From an uncultured Prevotella sp. (GTDB lineage: Bacteria > Bacteroidota > Bacteroidia > Bacteroidales > Bacteroidaceae), in contig OMZV01000012.1 of NCBI GenBank assembly GCA_900315635.1, positions 7,109 to 71,108 on the forward strand: DNA of 64,000 bases. The letters run 5' to 3'. The translations under genes and the position numbers were made by a program. Numbering within the stretch: the stretch's first letter is position 1; each line of letters opens with the position of its first letter. This document shows positions 1 through 9,600 of the stretch, piece by piece. Below the pieces are notes generated by a model. That model saw only the letters and a program-made list of their open reading frames with translations. It was not told the origin of the DNA and did not search any database.

Positions 1-29
1 TGGCGGTATACAGTTATTACTTCCATTCG

Positions 30-1115
30 ATGTTGCAGAGGGCATCTGACGTTACAATTGTATACAATAGTTCTACCGACGGAATGAACTCTGGTGAGAT
101 GAGCCGGTTTATGCTTCAGCTGATGGTTGAAATGCCGCAAAGTCAGAAGATTGGCAGGTTTGCCATACAAGCCGGACAGATTCCACAACCTCTTGTCCCT
201 GAAGTCGTCGGCAAGGGAAAGGAAGTAATGGAACGGTTGAATGAGATAAAGAGCCTTTCACCAACTGCCATCAATACTTACATGCGTTGCGGAATGCAGT
301 TCTTCTACAGTTATGTGGCAAACATAAAGGAACTCGACGAGCAGGACGAGGATGAAATTGACAACCGAATATTCGGAAACATTTTCCACAAGGCTGCAGA
401 GTTGTTATATTCTCGACCTGATTTGAAGATTGATGTCATTCTGAATATGGCGTTCAATGAGGAATTGTTCAATCTGAAGGAAAACACGGAACGGGAGCCA
501 CAGCTTAACGGAATACAGCTGATTAACCGCACCGTAATCAAGCGCTATCTGCTCATGTTGCAGGACTTAGACAAGAAGTTAGGGAAATTCGAGGTAGTAG
601 CTCATGAGGCGCCTGTATATATGAATGTTAAGCTCAACAACCTTACAATAAGTGTTGGCGGAAGAATTGACCGCCTTGACCGTGTAAATATAGGCGAGCC
701 TAATGAGCGGTTGCGTGTCGTCGACTATAAGACGGGCTCTCGTGAGGCTTCCGACATTAAGTCAATCGAAGATGTCTTCAATTCTGCAAACATCACGACT
801 AAACACAGCGACTATATTTTTCAGGCTATGCTCTATAGTATAATTGAGCAGACAAATGACATCAAGCACAATCCTGCTCATAATAAAGTGAGCCCTGCCC
901 TACTGTTTATACAGAGGACAAAGGTAAAGGATTACGACCCTACCCTTACTGTAAACAAAGAGCCCGTAACCGATATGGGCGTTTACCGTGACGACTTCAT
1001 GAGGTTATTGAAGGAGAAACTTGAGGAAATTTTCAATCCGGATATTCCTTTTGGTTTGTCATCCGACCCGAATATCTGCCGGGTTTGTCCATACCGTCTG
1101 ATGTGTGGAAAATAA
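30..1115 (+). CDS. PD-(D/E)XK nuclease family protein (AddB/RecB-like C-terminal part, Fe-S cysteines); gene probably begins upstream of the window
   Basis: LSPTAINTYMRC, GRIDRLD, VVDYKTG and terminal CxxCxxxxxC motifs. Confidence 0.8.
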   Translation: MLQRASDVTIVYNSSTDGMNSGEMSRFMLQLMVEMPQSQKIGRFAIQAGQIPQPLVPEVVGKGKEVMERLNEIKSLSPTAINTYMRCGMQFFYSYVANIKELDEQDEDEIDNRIFGNIFHKAAELLYSRPDLKIDVILNMAFNEELFNLKENTEREPQLNGIQLINRTVIKRYLLMLQDLDKKLGKFEVVAHEAPVYMNVKLNNLTISVGGRIDRLDRVNIGEPNERLRVVDYKTGSREASDIKSIEDVFNSANITTKHSDYIFQAMLYSIIEQTNDIKHNPAHNKVSPALLFIQRTKVKDYDPTLTVNKEPVTDMGVYRDDFMRLLKEKLEEIFNPDIPFGLSSDPNICRVCPYRLMCGK

Positions 1116-1125
1116 TCGGGCACAA

Positions 1126-1155
1126 AAAAGGGACATCTCACGATGGCCCTTTTTC
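1126..1155. terminator. Probable bidirectional intrinsic terminator
   Basis: aaaaaagggacatc-tcac-gatggcccttttt hairpin between convergent genes. Confidence 0.6.
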
Positions 1156-1230
1156 ATATTCTTACCTGTTAGCTTTCCCTTCTTTATACTCTTAGGGAAG
1201 AGTTATTTTTTTACGCAATCGATTTCGCAA

Positions 1231-2784
1231 TTACAGACGAGTAGAGAAGATACCGGTTTTCATAACTATGGTCAGAAGACCGTCAGTATAGAAAGCACCA
1301 TTGAACTGTGTATTGAAGTGAGCTGTTACGCTTCCGTCCTCACCTGTGATAACCAAATTACTTGGATCGTCAGTAATTTCTCCCTTCTTGTCGCGGCTCA
1401 TGCAAGTGTAAACACCATTGCTCTGCTTGTCATAAAGCTCGTTCTCAGCAACTGACTTAATAACCTTGTCGTCATCTCCGTCGAAGAGGCGGACAACACC
1501 ATCCTTACCAATAAGGAGTACATGGTTGTCTTTGCTTGCCATTGTGTACATCTGCTGTCCGTCGAGAGCATACTTTGTATTATTGCCAATCTCAGAAACC
1601 TTGCCGATAACGTCCTTACCGTAGTTCTTGACTGCAGGGTTCTCGAAGTCTGTTACGACATTCAGACCATTGCTAGTAAGATAGAAAGCCTTGCCGTCAC
1701 CGAGGTGAGCATCCTGAATCTTACCGTCTGTGTCAATGTAGCGGAGGAAGTTCTGCTTACCGGTTGTTACATCATACTGAGAAACGAAAGGTTTACCAAC
1801 CTCATAGCTGCAACCTTCGAGATATGCGAGACCAGTTGAAAGAAGAGTAATACGGTCACCGTCGATACGGATACGCATTGCAGAAGTCTTATCCTTAGGA
1901 AGCTGTGAGAACCAAATAACGTTCAAGTCTTCATCCATGCAATACAGATCCTCACCGTCTGCAAGGTAAATCTTACCATCCTGGAAGATAACGTTTGACT
2001 TAATACCTGTCCAGTAGCCACGGTCTACGTATGGAGTGAAAGCATAGTCGGCATCAGTTCCATGATTAGTGCTGTGGTCTTTCTTGCTAACTCCTACAGG
2101 AACACCATAACGACCGGTGTTGACTGTCATGCGCTTCAGAACACCACCCTGAGGATCAATAAGCATGAGTTCATCAGCCCAAACAAGATAATTGCCACTT
2201 TCCGGGAGATACATTACATTGTTCCATCCCCAACGTGTATAGTGAGAAATTGTGTCCTGCCAAAGCTCAGCACCATCAGTAAGGCGATAAGCATAAAGGA
2301 TATTCTTCTGATGGAATTCAACATCACCATTGAAGCTGTTCCACTTAGCACGGTATCCGTAAACAACATTTGCTGAATCATCTACGTAAACTGGGAGTAT
2401 ATTACGAGTCCAAACGTGGTTACCCATCAGGTTGTCCAGTGTAGTGAAGAATCCGGTGTTACCTTTAACGGCACGGTCGGTATTATTACTGTTAAGGAGA
2501 CCCATACGAGTAACCTGGAAGATACCACCACGATTATCCTTCTTCCAACGGAAGCCCTGCTCAACGCTGCTATAAAGCATAGCTTCAGAATTACGCTGCT
2601 GGTAAAGAAGCAACATCTCGCCACCATGACACTGGTCAACGAGCATAGTGTTCATATTAAGATCGAGGTATTCACCAGAAACGTTTGAGTTTCCAATAAG
2701 ATTCTTAAGGGACATTCCTCTGTTATCTGCGGAAGCGATAACTGAGATTGCTAAGACTAAAATGGTAAGAATTGACTTCTTCAT
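1231..2784 (-). CDS. Exported beta-propeller (PQQ-like repeat) hypothetical protein
   Basis: N-terminal signal peptide MKKSILTILVLAISVIASA; repeated beta-strand motifs such as AYRLTDGAELWQ and DGKIYLADGEDLYCMD. Confidence 0.55.
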   Translation of the reverse strand: MKKSILTILVLAISVIASADNRGMSLKNLIGNSNVSGEYLDLNMNTMLVDQCHGGEMLLLYQQRNSEAMLYSSVEQGFRWKKDNRGGIFQVTRMGLLNSNNTDRAVKGNTGFFTTLDNLMGNHVWTRNILPVYVDDSANVVYGYRAKWNSFNGDVEFHQKNILYAYRLTDGAELWQDTISHYTRWGWNNVMYLPESGNYLVWADELMLIDPQGGVLKRMTVNTGRYGVPVGVSKKDHSTNHGTDADYAFTPYVDRGYWTGIKSNVIFQDGKIYLADGEDLYCMDEDLNVIWFSQLPKDKTSAMRIRIDGDRITLLSTGLAYLEGCSYEVGKPFVSQYDVTTGKQNFLRYIDTDGKIQDAHLGDGKAFYLTSNGLNVVTDFENPAVKNYGKDVIGKVSEIGNNTKYALDGQQMYTMASKDNHVLLIGKDGVVRLFDGDDDKVIKSVAENELYDKQSNGVYTCMSRDKKGEITDDPSNLVITGEDGSVTAHFNTQFNGAFYTDGLLTIVMKTGIFSTRL

Positions 2785-2823
2785 AATTCGCAGCTTTTAA
2801 ATTGTTTGTTTCTTTAACTATTG

Positions 2824-2831
2824 CAAAGGTA
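2824..2831 (-). promoter_or_regulatory. Bacteroidota sigma-A -7 box (TAnnTTTG) for the 1231..2784 gene
   Basis: TACCTTTG on the minus strand 40 nt upstream of the start codon. Confidence 0.55.
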
Positions 2832-3480
2832 GTTTGAAAAAATATGTCATGCAAACGATTAAACAACTTTTTTTGAATTATTTTTTTGTGTTCGAACACA
2901 AGTTTGCGCAATCGTATGAGCAACAGCAATATTTGTTATTTTCAAGGATGGAAATATAAATCAGTTAAATGATTCTTTTTATGTTGTGGGACATGAAATG
3001 AAGAAAAGTCCTCCATCACTGAAAACAAAGTAAAGAAAACAGGACAAGATGTACTTTTTGTTGCTTAACGAGTGCTAAATTGTTCCAAAACAGCGATAAA
3101 CAGGCACTTTTCCGTCACCCAAACGATATAATCCGTTCTACCCAACTAACTTTAACCATTATACAAAACAAGCAGTTGATGGAAACATTTCATCATCGTC
3201 AAGAGTGTTATTTAAAACAAACTACCGACCGCATTATCCGCAACTTCATTTTCCCTTATTGTGTACGTGCACAGTAAAGTATGCTAAGTAACATAAAATT
3301 TTGTGCACGTACGTAATATGAATTATATTTACATTGTGTTCGTGCACAGACCTTTGTCTTACAATAAATACGCTTCTATGGAATGATAGAATGATTCTAC
3401 TAACCCACTCTTTTGTTAACCAAGAAGACAGAAGGAAAAGGTAATGATAGCCGCACAATTACATAGAGCATCAAAAGTTG

Positions 3481-3613
3481 AATAAGGCTGAAGCCAGCTG
3501 AATAAGGCTGAAGCCAGCTGAATTAGACTGAAGCCAGCTGAATAAGGCTGAAGCCAGCTGAATTAGACTGAAGCCAGCTGAATTAGACTGAAGCCAGCTG
3601 AATAAGACTGAAG
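3481..3613. repeat. 20-bp tandem repeat, 6 full units plus a partial one, two variants in order A A B A B B
   Basis: A=aataaggctgaagccagctg, B=aattagactgaagccagctg read directly. Confidence 0.95.
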
Positions 3614-3682
3614 TGAGTAGGATATGATGGAGAGGAGAGTCATAGACTTTGATAGAATAGAATAGAATAGATTCTATTAGAA

Positions 3683-3761
3683 TGAGACTCTCGAGGCTAT
3701 CGAGATGGCTCATCGTCATGGTTACAACACTGTAACTTCTCACCGTTCAGGCGAGACTGAG
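3683..3761 (+). repeat. Exact 79-bp inverted copy of eno coding sequence 4546..4624
   Basis: tgagactctcgaggctatcgag...gcgagactgag is the reverse complement of 4546..4624 and encodes [26 protein letters not shown]. Confidence 0.95.
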
Positions 3762-3780
3762 AACAGAACAAATACTATAT

Positions 3781-3906
3781 AATAAGATGGCTAGTCAATG
3801 ATAAGGTGACTAGTTAATAATAAGATGGCTAGTCAATGATAAGGTGACTAGTTAATAATAAGATGGCTAGTCAATGATAAGGTGACTAGTTAATAATAAG
3901 ATGGCT
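3781..3906. repeat. 38-bp tandem repeat x3 plus a partial unit
   Basis: aataagatggctagtcaatgataaggtgactagttaat at 3781, 3819 and 3857. Confidence 0.95.
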
Positions 3907-3989
3907 GGTTAAATAGAAAGAGAAGGAGAAGGAAAAGGAAAAGACATAAGAGTGGATAGAAAGTAAAGACGACACCTAAGTAGAAGTAC

Positions 3990-4228
3990 GATGAGAGGAT
4001 GGATAAAGGATGATGAGAGGATGGATAAAGGATGATGAGAGGATGGATAAAGGATGATGAGAGGATGGATAAAGGATTATAGGATGATAAATAAAAGATG
4101 ATAAGAGGATGGATAAAGGATTATAGTATGATAAATAAAAGATGATAAGATGATGGATAAAGGATGATGAGATGATGGATAAAAGATGATGAGAGGATGG
4201 ATAAAAGATGATAAGATGATGGAAGATG
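3990..4228. repeat. Purine-only-like 22-bp tandem repeat (4 exact units) decaying into variants
   Basis: gatgagaggatggataaaggat at 3990, 4012, 4034 and 4056, then diverged copies. Confidence 0.9.
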
Positions 4229-4239
4229 AATAAAGGCAT

Positions 4240-4270
4240 AAAAAAACTGCCGAGCAAAAGCCCGGCAGCT
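4240..4270 (-). terminator. Intrinsic terminator of eno
   Basis: Minus strand ctgccgggc-tttt-gctcggcag followed by a T-tract. Confidence 0.8.
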
Positions 4271-4322
4271 AGTATTATAAATGAGAGAAGTATTAAATCT
4301 ACTTCATGTAAAAGACCAAAGC

Positions 4323-5727
<1,405 letters not shown>

Positions 5728-5749
5728 TTATTCTCTAATTAGCCAATTG

Positions 5750-5757
5750 CAAAATTA
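5750..5757 (-). promoter_or_regulatory. -7 promoter box of eno
   Basis: TAATTTTG on the minus strand about 55 nt upstream of ATG. Confidence 0.55.
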
Positions 5758-5874
5758 ATGCCATAAAATCAGATACCCAAATTTATAGTGTTACTAAAAG
5801 TTGCTATTTAGATTTTTTAGCAGAAATTCAAGACTCTTTAATTTCATTACGCAACGGTTCGTAGATCGTTGCTC

Positions 5875-6192
5875 CTACTGAGGCGACCAGCGGAAGGTCT
5901 TCATGTCAACATGTCCGTTAGGCTTGAAGCCGACGCCTTCCTGCTCAAGGAGTTCACGTTGCTGACGCCAACCAGGCACAGTGCGCCCGACACTGTTGAC
6001 GACACGATGGCAGGGATATATTGGCGGTGCTCCACTAAGGACGTGACCGACAAGGCGGGCATGTCCCGGTGCATCAACGAGGTCGGCTATCTGACCATAG
6101 TTCATGACCTTGCCACGAGGAATTGATGCCACAATGCTGTAAACTGCGTCTCGAAACGCTGCAGTAGATGGAATATCAGGACATTTAAGCAT
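5875..6192 (-). CDS. MGMT/ATL-family alkyltransferase (stand-alone DNA-binding domain)
   Basis: IPRGKVMNYGQIA, ARLVG and PCHRVV motifs. Confidence 0.9.
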   Translation of the reverse strand: MLKCPDIPSTAAFRDAVYSIVASIPRGKVMNYGQIADLVDAPGHARLVGHVLSGAPPIYPCHRVVNSVGRTVPGWRQQRELLEQEGVGFKPNGHVDMKTFRWSPQ

Positions 6193-6260
6193 AGAAATGA
6201 ATGGTATTTAGAGAGTGCAAAATTAATAAAAGAAAAGGAGAAAGAGAAGGGAAAAAAGAG

Positions 6261-6298
6261 AAAAAAGCCGCCACGATACATTGCTGTATCATGACGGC
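6261..6298 (-). terminator. Intrinsic terminator after the 86-aa peptide
   Basis: Minus strand agccgtcatgatac...gtatcgtggcggct followed by a T-tract. Confidence 0.7.
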
Positions 6299-6333
6299 TA
6301 ATATCCATAAATTTCATCTAGAATTCTAAAGGA

Positions 6334-6594
6334 TTACTCGTCCCATGCTGTCCAAGGATTGTAAGGGGCACGGTTACCACCGCCACCAGAGCCCTGACCA
6401 TGATCGAATTCTATTTCAGCGGGAGCATCAACGATGCCCCATGTCTGACCACCGGTAGGGACTGTACCCTGCCAATTACGAACTCCATTACCTACCGTTC
6501 TGATAAGTTTGGAGTTACTAATTAGTAAAGACTCTTCTACACGCATGGTGATGACCTCAATTTGTGGTTTCTGATATCTATGTTTCATTATCAT
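6334..6594 (-). CDS. Small 86-aa protein with N-terminal YxKPxxEV...E-xLL motif, Gly-rich middle and W-x-x-W-D-E tail
   Basis: ORF directly downstream of and co-oriented with the 1482-aa gene, followed by a terminator. Confidence 0.7.
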   Translation of the reverse strand: MIMKHRYQKPQIEVITMRVEESLLISNSKLIRTVGNGVRNWQGTVPTGGQTWGIVDAPAEIEFDHGQGSGGGGNRAPYNPWTAWDE

Positions 6595-6627
6595 CTATTC
6601 TTTTTAAAGGTTATACTCATGCGTCAA

Positions 6628-9600
6628 TTACTTTACAACATATTTCTTTCCACCGGCAATATAGATTCCCTTTGGAAGATTCTCGAGAGAATCGCCTACA
6701 TACTGACCATTCAGATTGTAGACCTTGCCATTGTAAACATCAAGTGTCTGGTCACCAAAGTGAACCTTAGTGATACCGTCCGCTGTGTTATCACCACCAA
6801 ATGAGAAGCTTACGTTCTCAGGGCTATTGCCACGCTTTGCCGATGTTGATGTGTTAAATGAATCATCAGCAAAGACACTTCCACCTTTAACATCATTACC
6901 CTTACGAGTGTACCAGTGAATGTTTCCAAGTTTGCCATCAGGTACGAAGAACTTTCGGTCATCTGTTGACCACTGGCTACCGATTATAGCGGTAAATGCA
7001 TTCCAGTTAAGAGTCTGTGCCGGCATTTCTTTCTGCCAGAAGTAGGTCGCGAATCCGTTAGGGCTGAATCCCTGCTTTACCTGCTCATCAGTAGGATAAT
7101 ACCATGCAAGGAAGTAAGCATACTGTGGCATTTCCGTCTGCCAGAAGTTACCAATGAAATAATAATGATAATCATTATTTTTGGCATCCTTGGCAGCTTT
7201 ACCATCTTTATCCAAAGCCAATACATCAACGAAGTGCTTACGAGCCAAGCTGCGAAGTTCTAGGCTAGTTTTAGCCTTACACTTTTCTGAGCGGAAGATC
7301 TGGTCACCAGGTGCAAATGGATCCTTCAAAGTACCATCATCCTTTACGTCGAAGTCAGGCTGCAACATATAAGGAACACCGGCATGAATAACTATTTCGT
7401 CATCACCAGTCTTATGATCTATTTCAAGTGTACTCTTATTATCAGCATCTTGCTTATATACATTATTATATACGTCACGGTCGAACTTAAGCAGAATTGA
7501 GCCATTCTTCTGATCAGCATCAGGATTTGTTCTCTCAACACCAGTGAACTCACAAACATGAGGACCGCCATGCTTACCACCTTTTCCGAACATCTCACAA
7601 ACTTCCTTTTTTGTCATATCAAATGGCACGCAGATTGTCCACCATCCATTATCATTGATGAAACGGAAGTTATGACCAGGATCCTCACCTTTCGCCCTAG
7701 AAGTAGCACAGAGTACAAACTGATGCCATCCACGGTAGTCACCGTCATAAAGCTGCTTATCACCTTTGTCTGGGTCTGAATACTTCACATTCTTCCAAGC
7801 ACCTTTATCAACATCTTTTGAATCGTCAGTAATTCTTACAACACTTTTTCCATCAGTCTCATATCCAGTATGGTAGAATATTGCATCTTCCTTGTCAGAA
7901 TTTTTACAATCTTCATACCACTTATTTGCCTTATCCTGTTCAACTTGATAACCTGTATTCTCTGATGAATGAGTTAAAGAATAGCTACCAAGATTGCTCC
8001 ATTCAGTACGGTCTGTCTTCCATGCATCCCAAAGATAGCCATTTGTACCTTGAGTATATGACCGGTTAAATTCACTTTGGTTAGGCCAGCAAAGCAAATT
8101 ACCCTGACCATCAGTATGACCTTCAGCATCAGATATGGTGTAATCACGAGTTACATCCTTATAGCGTTTTTCAAGATCAGTACCCTGGATTGAAGTAGGA
8201 TAATGAAGCATTACAATCCATTTGTCGATATATCCATTGGCATCGGCATGAGTATTGAAATCACTACGAGTTATACCGCCATTAGGTGAGAAACCATTAT
8301 TACCAGTACAAGGATTTGAACCGAAAGCATTTACCTGACATATAGGCGCTTCTTCAGAAAGACAATAAACGTCCTTTATTTTTTCAACAGAAGAGAATGC
8401 ATAACTGTCAATCTCCTTCAAATTTTTAGAAAATACTATGGAACCAGCCGAATAATCAATGTTATCCGTCTTCACCTGATCTTTGTAAGTGGTTTTTGTC
8501 TCCTCATTGGTAACATCTTGAAGTTGATATTGATAATCATATCCATAATCAAGTACAGTTCCATCTTCAGTTGTAGTAGTCACTTTACTAAGATTGGTCA
8601 ACCCATAGAATGCACGCAAGCCAATATGTGTAATATTATAAGGTATGCATATAGTCTTTATATTAGTTCCATTTACGTGTAAGAAATCTACAGGTAGTTT
8701 AGTAAACTTATCATCAGTCGGTATAACAACATCTGTTGTTCTTGTAGCGATAATGCCTGTAGCCGAAAGTGTTGCGTCGTCAACGTTGCTAAACGTCGCA
8801 TCAGACAGATCAACCTTTATCATACCTTTGCTGCCACTAAATGCACCTTCTGTCTCAGCACCTTCTGGTTGTGGCGTTTTGAATTTTCTAAACCCATCCT
8901 GATTAGAAGCATCAAGTTCATCACCAAATACGAAATGACCATCAACAAAATAAATAGTACCAGCAGCATTATTTCCAGTATTTGAAATATCCTTAGCATT
9001 TAAAGAACCAGAGACCTTTATAGAATCTATATTTACATTACGGTCGGTTACAGAAGATGTCATAGCAGTAAGAATGGAGATAGAGCCAGGAACCAAAGTT
9101 TTACATGTATAAGACTTACCCGTCTTATAGTAATAAGCCACACCCTTTAGGTTAGGGTTCTTAGTCTTATCATATAGATTTTTGAACATAGGGTCAGTTG
9201 TTTCCTGGCCAACATCCGGCAGAGCTATATATTCCAAAACAGGATTACTAATCTTGTCAATTGCAGCCTTTTTCTCTGCCTCTGTATCTAAGTTTGTATC
9301 TTTAGGGTCAAAAGTCATCTGACTGAGGTTGATTCTCTTGCTATTGATTCCACTGATGAATGTAAAGTCAGCAGTGTTTACAGCGCCAAAGATGTCAATG
9401 CGAGGACCATTGGCAATGTCATCATTGGTATAATGAGCATCAGCAAGAGCAGCAAGAGCACCAGGCTCAAGGACATTAATCTGTGTACCAGTTCGAACAT
9501 TTTTACCTCCAGTTTGATAATTATTATTCCAATTGCATATCTCATACACATCAACAGAAGAGTTCGTATTTTTAAATGTACTAATGTTACTATTAATTCC

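Noticed and set aside
3781-3906. Mini-CRISPR interpretation of the tandem repeats
   Set aside because: Units are contiguous with no unique spacers
3471-4257. ORFs 3471..3743 and 3976..4257
   Set aside because: Produced by tandem repeats and the inverted eno copy; no credible protein signal
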